From Candidatus Eiseniibacteriota bacterium (lineage in GTDB: Bacteria > Eisenbacteria > RBG-16-71-46 > CAIMUX01): DNA of 64,000 bases. Positions within the stretch are counted from its first letter, which is position 1; each line of letters starts with the position of its first letter. The stretch covers positions 25,932 to 89,931 of the forward strand of contig JAXLXQ010000009.1 of the NCBI GenBank assembly GCA_046327845.1, written 5' to 3'. The notes under the pieces are model-generated. The model saw nothing but the letters and a program-made list of their open reading frames with translations, was not told where the DNA came from and did no database searches. Below, piece after piece: positions 21,842-30,637 of this stretch. The position numbers were made by a program, and so were the translations under genes.

Positions 21842-24800
21842 ATGGACGCTGATCCACCTTCTCCGTCTGGTGGCCCGGACGATGTGACGAGAGCCTCGGG
21901 GCCGCGCTCGCCGGCCGTCGTGCCGGCCGGCAGTTTCTCTCCGACCCTCGCGATCGGCGACCTCTTGGCCGCCCGCTACCGCATTGAGCAGTTCATCGCG
22001 CGCGGCGGAATGGGCGAGGTGTACCGCGCCGCCGACCTCGACCTCGGCGTGACCATCGCGCTCAAGACGATCCGCGGCGACCTCGCCGGCGATCAGGCGG
22101 AGCTTCGGAGCTTCAAGCAAGAGGTGCTGCTCGCGCGCTCGATCTCGCACCCGAACGTCTGCCGAATCTTCGACCTCGGGCGGGACGGCGCGCGCGACCT
22201 CTCCTTCCTCACCATGGAGTATCTCGAGGGGGAGACTCTCGCCGTGCGCGTGCGGCGAGAGGGGCCGCTGCCCGAGGCGACGCGCCTCGCCCTACTCAAG
22301 CAGCTGGCCGAAGGGCTCGACTCCGCCCATCGCGCCGGCATCGTGCATCGCGACTTCAAGAGCGCGAACGTCATGCTGGTGCCGTCGGACGATGGGGAGC
22401 GCGCGGTCATCACCGACTTTGGGCTGGCCATCGCGCTCGAGCGATCGAGTGCGGAGGCAGCGCGGGGCAGCGCGCCGCGGCCGCAAAGCTCCGAGTCGCC
22501 TCCTCGGCACACGCCGCATGGCGCGAACGATGAACTCGAAACCTCGTACCTCACGGGCGCCCCGGCGCTGGTCGGCACGCCGGCCTACATGTCGCCGGAG
22601 CAGGTCACCGGCGAGTCGATCGGTCCGGCCAGTGATCTCTACGCCCTCGGTGTCGTCCTCTTCGAGATGACGACCGGCGCGCTTCCCTTCCATCGCGCGA
22701 CCCTGCTCGAGACGGCGCGCGCTCGATTGATCGAGCCTGCGCCTCGATTGGCGGCGCACGGTGTCGACGATCCGCGCTGGGAGACGGCGATCGAGAAGCT
22801 GCTCGCGCGCGAGCCAGGGAGCGGCCCACCAGTGGACACGAGGTGCTCCGGCTCCTCGAGGGGCGTGGTGCGATCTCCGACGCGATCCGCGGAAACCTGC
22901 CGATGGAGCGCGACGCCTTCGTCGGGCGTCGGGCCGAACTCGACTCGATGCGCGAGCTGTTCGGGGTGGCCGACGAGGGAGGACGTCCCACCGCGCGCCT
23001 GCTCTCGCTCCTCGGCGCTGGCGGCACGGGGAAGAGCCGCCTCTCGATCCACTTCGCGTCCGCGTGCGGTGCCCAGTTCAAAGGTGGCGCGTGGTTCGTC
23101 GACTTGAGCGAAGCCCGCAGCGTACAGGGGATCGTCGGCGCGGTCGCGCGCTGCTTGGGAACCACGCTTGGCTCGGGTGACCCGATCGCACAGCTCGCGC
23201 GCTCCATCGAAGCGCTCGGCCCGTGCCTCCTCATCCTCGACAACTTCGAGCAGGTCTCGGCTCACGCCGAGTAGACGATCGGCGCCTGGATCGCGCGCGC
23301 GCCGGAGGCACGCATCCTCGTGACCACGCGCGAGCGCCTCCATCTTCGCGATGAGGTCGTTCTCTCGCTCGAACCGCTCGATCCGACGCACGAGGGACTC
23401 GAGCTCTTCGAACTGCGGGCGCAGGGACAGCGCGCCGGCTTTCGCCTGGACGACGCGACCCGTCCAACCGCCGCCTCGATCGTGCGACGACTTGACGGGC
23501 TGCCCCTCGCGATCGAGCTGGCGGCCGCTCGCCTTCGCATGCTCAGCCTCACCCAGCTCGAGTCGCGCTTGGCCGATCGCTTCCAGCTCCTGGCCGGCGG
23601 ACAGCGCGGGCGGCAGTCCACGCTTCGCACCACGCTCGATTGGTCGTGGGATCTGCTTCTGCCGTGGGAGCAGGCCACGGTGCGTCAGGCTTCGCTCTTC
23701 GAGGGAGGATTCACGCTCGAAGCGGCGGAGGCCGTGATCGACCTCGCGCCGCATCGCGACGCGCCGATGGTCCTCGACGTCCTCCAGTCATTGCTCGACA
23801 AGAGCTGGTTGCGCGCGCGCGTCGAGGCGGACGCGCCACGCTTCTCGATGTACGTCACGGTGCAGGAGTACGCGCGGGCCAAGCTCGACGACGTCCTGGA
23901 GGCGACCACGGGCGAGGCGCGGCACGGCGCGTACTTCGTCACGCTCGGTCGCGAGGTGGGCGGCTCGGCCCTCGATCGCGTCGGCAGCGCCCTCGCCCGC
24001 TCGACCCTGGAGCGTGAGCTCGACAACATCGTGGTGGCCTGTCGCCGCGCCGTGGCGCGGAACGACGAGGCGGTGGCGGTCCCGCTCTTCCTCGCGGCGC
24101 ACAGCTTCTTGGTGAAGCACGGCCCTTGGAAGCTGTCGGTCGAACTCGGCCGCGAGGTGCGGCCGGTCGTGACCACGCTCGGCCCGCGCGCCGAGTTTCT
24201 CGCCTCGCTCGGCGCCGCCTGCTTCAACGTGGGCGCGCTGGCCGAGGCCCGCGCCGATCTCACGGAATCGGTGGAGGCGCTCGAGGCGCTGGGCAATCAC
24301 GCGGCGACCGCCGCACCGCGGCTGACCCTTGGCTTCATCGAGCACCAGGAGGGGAACATCGACGCGGCTCGCGGGCACTACGAGACGGCGCTCGAAGCGG
24401 TGCGTGGCTTGGGGAATCTGCGGGTCGAGGCGGCGGCACTCAGCGCCCTCGGGATCGTTCATCTCGATCAGGGCCGCACCGCCGAGGCCACTTCGACGCT
24501 CGAGGCCGCGGTCGACGCGGCGGTCGAGATCGGAGATCGACGGCGCGAGGCGATCGCCCGCGGCAACCTCGCGATCCTCTACCGCCAGGTGGGGAAGCTG
24601 CACGACGCGCGCCGCGAGGCGGAGCGGTCGATTCAGTGCAATCGCGAGGTAGGCAGTCGGCAGCAGGAAGCAGTCATGCTCTCGAACCTCGGGAACATCT
24701 GTCTCGACGAGGGGCGGATCGAAGAGGCACGAGAGGCCTGGTACGCGGCGCTCGCCCTCAATCGAGAGATCGGCAGTCGCCTGAACGAGGCTGCCGTCTT

Positions 24801-25200
24801 GAGCACCCTGGGACAGATGCACGTCCGTGAGGGGGAGCTCGATCAGGCCGTCGATCTTCTCTCGCAGGCGTTGGTCATCAGTCGAGAGGTGAGCGACTCG
24901 CGGAACATCGGCATCGCGCTGGCCGCGCTCGCCGGCGTCGATCGGCGCCAGGGGCGGCTCGCCGATGCGCGGCGGCGCGCGCAGGAGAGCATGGCGCTGA
25001 TGCGGGACCTCGATCAGGTGGCCTATGCCTCGGCCCTCTGCACCCTGGCCGAGGTCGAGCACGACGATGGGAACGCCGCTGCCGCGCACGCGGCCTTCGA
25101 CGCGGCGAGGAACGTCGCCGCGGAGTTTGGGGTCATGCCCGGCTCGGAGCTGGCGAACATCATCGAGGCGACGAGGAGGGCGCTGGGGCTAGACGTGTGA
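21842..25200 (+). pseudogene. Ser/Thr protein kinase–NB-ARC/AAA–TPR (STAND) protein, paralogous to the gene at 1..2816; disrupted by one frameshift and one in-frame TAG (pseudogene or sequencing error)
   Basis: Kinase fragment 21842..23107 carries HRDFKSANVML, DFGLA and GTPAYMSPE. The P-loop LLSLLGAGGTGKSRLSI is in 22843..23274. TPR repeats are in 23320..25200. The frame changes in a G-run near 22817-22819. Fragments 22843..23274 and 23320..25200 share one frame, separated by TAG 23272-23274. Confidence 0.7.
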
Positions 25201-25310
25201 CGCCGGGATGCGGACCCGGGCGTCGCTTCAAACTCGGAACTCCAAGTGACCAGGGGTTGAGTTCTCCCTCCGAATCGGAGTAACTCTCCGGTCCGCGCGG
25301 AGGGAGAACC

Positions 25311-26231
25311 ATGATTCGCACCGCCGTTCCGTTGCTGCGCGTCGCCGACTCGCGGCGCGCGCTCGAGTTCTATCGCGATCGACTCGGTTTCACGCTGCGC
25401 TCGTCCAACCAGGCCGATCCCACCCTGCCCGAACCTTGCTACCTCGCATACGAGCGCGACGGAGTGTGGCTCCACGTGTCTTCGTTTCCCGGCGACGGCG
25501 TCTTCGGATCCGCCGCGAATCTCTTCGTCGAGGACGTCGATCCGCTGCACCAGGAGCTGCTCACGCGCGGCGTGCCGATCGCGCTCGAGCCGATCGACCA
25601 GACCTGGGGCAATCGCGAGATGTACGTGCGCGATCCCGACGGCAACACGATTCGCTTCATGAGTGAGCGCACCGCGGGCACGCCGCGTCCGCGCGGCGAG
25701 GAGTATCGAATGGGGGAGGCGCTGCCGATTCTCGAGCGCACTCCGGCCACGTTGCGTGCGCTCCTTGATGGGCTTTCTTCGGAGTGGACCGATGCGAATG
25801 AGGGGCCGGATACCTACAGCCCCTACGACGTGGTTGGTCACCTGATTCACGGCGAGCGCACCGATTGGATTCCGCGGGCCGAGCACATCCTCAAGCACGG
25901 CGACCTCGTGCCCTTTCCCCCCTTCGACCGCGACGCGATGCGCAGCAGTTCGCATGGGCGCACCCTCGACGAACTACTCGCGGAGTTCAGCGCGATGCGC
26001 GCGGAGAGCCTCGCGCGTTTGCGCGCCCTCAGCCTGACGGATGCTGATCTCGCGCGATGTGGGCTGCACCCTGAGTTCGGAGTCGTCACGCTAGGGCAGC
26101 ATCTAGCGGCCTGGGTCGCGCACGATCTCGGACACATCGGACAAGTGGTGAGGGTGATGGCGAAGCGGTACCAGTCACAGTGGGACCGTGGCGGCGATAC
26201 CTGCAGGTGCTGCGTTGAGATCCACCATTGA
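25311..26231 (+). CDS. fusion of a VOC/glyoxalase-bleomycin-resistance domain and a DinB_2/YfiT-like domain
   Basis: N-terminus LLRVADSRRALEFYRDRLGFTL…REMYVRDPDGNTIRF. C-terminal DinB-like helical bundle with conserved His (HLIHGE…HDLGHIGQ). RBS GGAGGGAGAACC. Confidence 0.7.
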   Translation: MIRTAVPLLRVADSRRALEFYRDRLGFTLRSSNQADPTLPEPCYLAYERDGVWLHVSSFPGDGVFGSAANLFVEDVDPLHQELLTRGVPIALEPIDQTWGNREMYVRDPDGNTIRFMSERTAGTPRPRGEEYRMGEALPILERTPATLRALLDGLSSEWTDANEGPDTYSPYDVVGHLIHGERTDWIPRAEHILKHGDLVPFPPFDRDAMRSSSHGRTLDELLAEFSAMRAESLARLRALSLTDADLARCGLHPEFGVVTLGQHLAAWVAHDLGHIGQVVRVMAKRYQSQWDRGGDTCRCCVEIHH

Positions 26232-26413
26232 GCTGTGCGTTCGTCGAGGCGTACGCTCTCGCCGTCCACCGGTGCTCATGGCCACCCCCCAGCCGAGCAC
26301 AACCGCGGTCTCTGACCCCGCTGGGCCGCACGTTCGACAACGTTCGAACCCGTCGCCGCCGACACGCACGATCCTCCAGGCATGCGCGGGTGGCGGTCGG
26401 AAGGAGCCACTCC

Positions 26414-28720
26414 ATGAAACGCTTGGCCATGCTGGTGTCCCTTGGGCTCTTGATCTCTCCATCACTCGCGAGCGCCGCCGCAAACGCAGGGGGCACACTC
26501 GTCATCCACGCGGACCCCGGATTGGTTTTCACGACGGACAACAGCGGCTACTGCGGGGCAACAATTCCGACCACCTGCTCGCAATTCAACACCAACCTCC
26601 CGAGCGGCGCGGGGGTGAGTCACGTGTGGTGGGCGGTGGCATCATTCCCACCGGGATCCCAACCTCGACTCAAGGGGGTGGCCTTCGGGGTGTCCTACGA
26701 CTCGGAGTCGATTGTGCTCTCCGGTTGGGGTGCCTGCGGTGAGTTCGAACTCCCCAGGCCCGACTGGCCGGCCTCGGGGAGCGGAACCTCGGTCATCTGG
26801 ACTAACACACAGACAACGCGGCTGACCCCTGTCTACTGGTTTGCGGGCTATGCCTACGACGCGCGTGACGTACGCTTCCGTCTCGCGCCGGACCCGATCG
26901 AGGGGGCCATTTTTGCGGACGACTCTTCGCCGGCGATTCTAGAACCCATCGCTGACTTGGGCGCGGTTGGGTTCGGCACTGACCCTGGATACCTTCCTTG
27001 CCCGGAGGCAATTGGTGCGTGCTGCCTGCCCGATGGCTCCTGCGAGCAGACGTTTCACGCGAACTGCGTCGGGCGATGGTTGGGAAGCAGCACCGCGTGC
27101 GACCAGGCTCCCTGCGCGCTCGGTTCCTGCTGTTTATCGGACGGTTCGTGTCGCCTGCTCTCGCCAGACGCTTGCGGCGTGGCGGGCGGTGCATTTGGCG
27201 GGGCGGGAACCTCGTGTGAACCGCAGCCCTGCTCCGTGAGCACGGGCGCCTGTTGCCTCGCCGCCGGCATCTGCCAAGTGACGACCGAAACCGAGTGCCA
27301 CGCGGACGGGGGGACCTATGTGTGGAACGGTGCTGACTGTGATCCGGTGCCGTGCGCGCTCGACCACTACGTCGTGACGCCCGATGGCCAGGGAGTGCTG
27401 CCCACAATCCAAGCGGCGGTGAACGCGGCAGCGCCAGGCGCGACGATCGACCTTGCTGACGGGACCTTCCGCGGGAGCGGCAACCACGACATCGACCCCC
27501 ACGGCAAGGATCTTACGATTCGGTCGCAGAGTGGAAATGCCGAGGCGTGCGTGATCGATTGTGCAGGGCAGGGACGGGGATTCAACTTCCACTCGCACGA
27601 AACTCCGGCGTCGTTGCTCAGCGGGGTCACCATCCAGGGCGGTAGAGCCGGCGACGGTGGCGCGATCTATGCCCTGAATGCGAGCCCGCGAATCAGTCGA
27701 TGTGTCCTACTCAACGACGCGGCAGTACAGGGCGGGGCCATCTACCTCTATGGCTTCGGAGGAAGCATTGAAGATTGTGCGTTCAGCTCGAACGTCGCGG
27801 ACCTGATCGGAGGTGCCGTGTCGGCGGCGGTTGCCACGGACTTGCGAATCCTGCGTTGCCGCTTCGATCACAACCGCGCCGATGGGGTGAACACGTACGG
27901 CGGCGCGATTGTCTACTCCTACATCGATCACGTGACCATCGACGACTGCACCTTCTGGGCGAACGAAGCGGTGCAGGGGGGGGCGATCGCGGCCGGGAGC
28001 GAAGCCGACGAGTGGAGCAAGATCGAACGGTGCACCTTTGCGGCGAACTCGGCTGCGGAGGGTGGAGCGGTCTACGCCACCACAGCGGTTCAGTCGATGC
28101 GCCTGACTCAGTGCGTTCTGAGCGAAAACCAGGGCTCATCGACAGTATCTTGCGTGCGGGCGCCGGTCACCCTTGCCTGCTGCGACGTGTTTGGCAACCC
28201 TGCGGGCGACTACACCGATTGCCTTGCCAATCAGAACGGCGTCCGCGGAAACATCTCCGCCGATCCGCTCTTCTGCGACGCGGCCAACGGCAAGTTCGAT
28301 CTCAGGCCCGGATCTCCGTGCATCCCGAAACCGTGGGCAACGACCACGAGCTGTGGCCTGATGGGTTCGGGCGCGCGCGGGTGCCAGGCGGTGCGACCCG
28401 GCGGAAAGAACGCATCTGTTGACAGCGAGATCGGCGTCGAGGACCAGCTCACCGTGCGCACCGTGCTGCCCAATCCCGCGCGCCGCGAGGTTGAGCTGCG
28501 CCTCAGCGTCCCGCGGACCGCGGAGGTCCGAGTGGATCTAGTGGACGTAAACGGACGCCTCGTGCGCCGACTCGTCGACGAGACGATGGATCCCGAGGAT
28601 CACTCGATTGGCCGATCGCTGGTCGGCGAGCGCGAGCAGCCGGTGCCGGCAGGCGTGTACTACCTGAACGTGACTGACGGCCGTTCGCACATGGTGCGAA
28701 AGCTGGTGGTCGTGAGGTAG
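26414..28720 (+). CDS. secreted protein: three Cys-rich C-x-x-DGSC repeats + right-handed beta-helix (pectate-lyase-like) repeats + T9SS C-terminal sorting domain
   Basis: ATG 26414 with AAGGAG RBS, and signal peptide MKRLAMLVSLGLLISPSLASA. Repeats GACCLPDGSCEQTFHANC, GSCCLSDGSCRLLSPDAC and GACCLAAGICQVTTETEC. Beta-helix-like GGAI/GGAV repeats. CTD …LPNPARREVELRL…GVYYLNVTDGRSHMVRKLVVVR. Confidence 0.75.
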   Translation: MKRLAMLVSLGLLISPSLASAAANAGGTLVIHADPGLVFTTDNSGYCGATIPTTCSQFNTNLPSGAGVSHVWWAVASFPPGSQPRLKGVAFGVSYDSESIVLSGWGACGEFELPRPDWPASGSGTSVIWTNTQTTRLTPVYWFAGYAYDARDVRFRLAPDPIEGAIFADDSSPAILEPIADLGAVGFGTDPGYLPCPEAIGACCLPDGSCEQTFHANCVGRWLGSSTACDQAPCALGSCCLSDGSCRLLSPDACGVAGGAFGGAGTSCEPQPCSVSTGACCLAAGICQVTTETECHADGGTYVWNGADCDPVPCALDHYVVTPDGQGVLPTIQAAVNAAAPGATIDLADGTFRGSGNHDIDPHGKDLTIRSQSGNAEACVIDCAGQGRGFNFHSHETPASLLSGVTIQGGRAGDGGAIYALNASPRISRCVLLNDAAVQGGAIYLYGFGGSIEDCAFSSNVADLIGGAVSAAVATDLRILRCRFDHNRADGVNTYGGAIVYSYIDHVTIDDCTFWANEAVQGGAIAAGSEADEWSKIERCTFAANSAAEGGAVYATTAVQSMRLTQCVLSENQGSSTVSCVRAPVTLACCDVFGNPAGDYTDCLANQNGVRGNISADPLFCDAANGKFDLRPGSPCIPKPWATTTSCGLMGSGARGCQAVRPGGKNASVDSEIGVEDQLTVRTVLPNPARREVELRLSVPRTAEVRVDLVDVNGRLVRRLVDETMDPEDHSIGRSLVGEREQPVPAGVYYLNVTDGRSHMVRKLVVVR

Positions 28721-28947
28721 GGCTTCGAACTCGCCGGCGCGCGCGACGGCGAAGGCACAACGCGAGGAGGCGCCGGACGGGCCTCCCCGTTTTGCGCTCG
28801 GCTTAGTAGCTGCGGTCATCCGCAAGTTAAGGGATCGCGCGCGGCGAAAGCCACGGCGCTCCAGTAGACTCTTTCCACCGGCTGACTCGTCAGGGCGGCG
28901 CCCGCCGCGCGCCGCGCAGGTTCCTCGTCTCCACCCAGGAGTCGGCC

Positions 28948-29811
28948 ATGCGTATTCCTTTGCGATTCGGGCTCGCCGCGCTTGCGCTCTTCGTGCCGGG
29001 GATCTCCCATGCGGTGCTCTTCGATTTCGAGAACGCGCCGCTCCACACACCGCTGCCGATCGACCTCACGGTAGAGGGCGTGACCGCGCACTTCTCCGGC
29101 ACCGGCCAGGGCTTCTCCATCCAGCGCGCCGATGCCATGGGTTTCACACCCGCCGGGTTCAGCGGAAACTGCATCTACCCGAGCAGCGTGTACCAGGCCG
29201 ACCTCATCGTCGACTACTCGGTGCTCCTCACCGACTTTTCGATTCTGTACGCGCCGCAAGAGCTGGGCTGCGACGACTCGGCTCGCATGCGCGTGACCGT
29301 GTACAAGGATGGGGTCTTCGTCGCCACCGCCACGACCACCGCGTATCCGCCGGGGACCTGGCCGACCGGCACGCTGAGCATTTCGGCCGCAAGCGGGTTC
29401 AATCGCGCGGTCGTGCACTACGACCAGCGCCCGGCCTGCGGCGATTGGGGTCCGATCTTCATGGCCGACAACATCAACGTCACGCCGAAGCCGACCATCG
29501 GAGTCGAACCGGACACCTCGCCGCCGCGGGACGACGTGGCCTCCACGGCCTCACCCAATCCATTCGCGGAAACGACCACCGTGGTGTTCGGTGAGGTGCC
29601 GGCGGGGAACACGCAGGTGCTCATCGTGAGCGCGTCCGGTCGTCTGGTGGCGAAGCGGACGGTGTCCGTCGAAGCCGACGAGCCGATCGCCGTGCGTTGG
29701 GATGGGCGTGACGATGCCGGGCGTCGCGTGCCGCACGGGATCTACTCCTGCCTCGCGATTTCCGTCGATCGAGTGCGCAGCCTGCGCTTGGTCTGGCTGG
29801 GCGGCGAGTAG
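28948..29811 (+). CDS. secreted protein of unknown function with T9SS C-terminal sorting domain
   Basis: Signal peptide MRIPLRFGLAALALFVPGISHA. CTD …SPNPFAETTTVVFGEVP…VRWDGRDDAGRRVPHGIYSCLAI…. Confidence 0.7.
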   Translation: MRIPLRFGLAALALFVPGISHAVLFDFENAPLHTPLPIDLTVEGVTAHFSGTGQGFSIQRADAMGFTPAGFSGNCIYPSSVYQADLIVDYSVLLTDFSILYAPQELGCDDSARMRVTVYKDGVFVATATTTAYPPGTWPTGTLSISAASGFNRAVVHYDQRPACGDWGPIFMADNINVTPKPTIGVEPDTSPPRDDVASTASPNPFAETTTVVFGEVPAGNTQVLIVSASGRLVAKRTVSVEADEPIAVRWDGRDDAGRRVPHGIYSCLAISVDRVRSLRLVWLGGE

Positions 29812-29935
29812 GCGCGAGTAGGGATCGAGTCGGCCCTCGTCCGCGGAGTCCGCGCGACCGCCGATCCCTGCAGAATCGTGAATCAGGCAGAGGCGTTTGG
29901 CCCTGTCCGCGTGTTCCGCGTAGAGCGCGTAGTGC

Positions 29936-29962
29936 GCGTAGCGCGCGTGGGGCGCGCTACGC
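29936..29962. other. perfect 11-bp-stem hairpin (gcgtagcgcgc-gtggg-gcgcgctacgc) between convergent genes, overlapping the response-regulator stop codon; no U-tract
   Basis: Seen directly in sequence. It is preceded by three copies of gcgcgtag. Confidence 0.35.
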
Positions 29963-30637
29963 CAGCCCCTCGCGCAGTGCTCGGCTCACCGCCTCCGCCA
30001 CGCTGTGCACCTGCAGCTTCTTGTACAAGCCGCGAATGTGTGTGCGCACCGTGTCAATGCTGACGCCGAGCGCGGCCGCAGTCTGCTTGTAGGCGAGTCC
30101 CTCCACCAGGCAGCGCAGAACGTCCCGCTCGCGGTCGGTCAAGTCGATGTCGGTCGCGGGAGCACTTAGGCCGCGCGGACCTCGCAGGAGATCGAGCACG
30201 GTGCGGGCCACCCCGGAGGTGAGCGGCGCGCCACCGTCGACCACCACCAGAAGTTGATCGAGCAGCTCGCGCGGCGGCGTGCGCTTGAGCAGATAGCCGT
30301 CGGCGCCGGCGCAGATCGCGTCCAGGATGTCGCGCGGTTCCTCGAAGACCGTGAGCATTACGATGAGGAGATCGGGCCAGTCGCGCTTGAGCAGACGCGT
30401 CGCCTCGGTACCGCGAATCCCAGGGAGATCGATGTCCATCAACACGAGCTTCGGGCCTTCCTTCGGCCAGAGCCCCTGCTGGAAGCGCGGCAGGGCCTCG
30501 ACCGCGGAGCTAAAGCTCGCCGTGAGCGTGAAGTCGGCGGCGTGTTCGAGCAGCGTGCCGAGACTCTCGCGATAGCGCGGATCGTCCTCGACCACGACCA
30601 CCGGCACGGGGCTCCTCGAACTCGTGACTGGTTTCAT
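29957..30637 (-). CDS. response regulator, NarL/FixJ family (REC + LuxR-type HTH)
   Basis: Start ATG 30637 (MKPVTSSRSPVPVVVVEDD…). REC motifs …LVLMDIDLPG…; HTH LTDRERDVLRCLVEGLAYKQTAAALGVSIDTVRTHIRGLYKKL. The track ORF 29957..30739 has a spurious N-terminal extension. Confidence 0.85.
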   Translation of the reverse strand: MKPVTSSRSPVPVVVVEDDPRYRESLGTLLEHAADFTLTASFSSAVEALPRFQQGLWPKEGPKLVLMDIDLPGIRGTEATRLLKRDWPDLLIVMLTVFEEPRDILDAICAGADGYLLKRTPPRELLDQLLVVVDGGAPLTSGVARTVLDLLRGPRGLSAPATDIDLTDRERDVLRCLVEGLAYKQTAAALGVSIDTVRTHIRGLYKKLQVHSVAEAVSRALREGLA

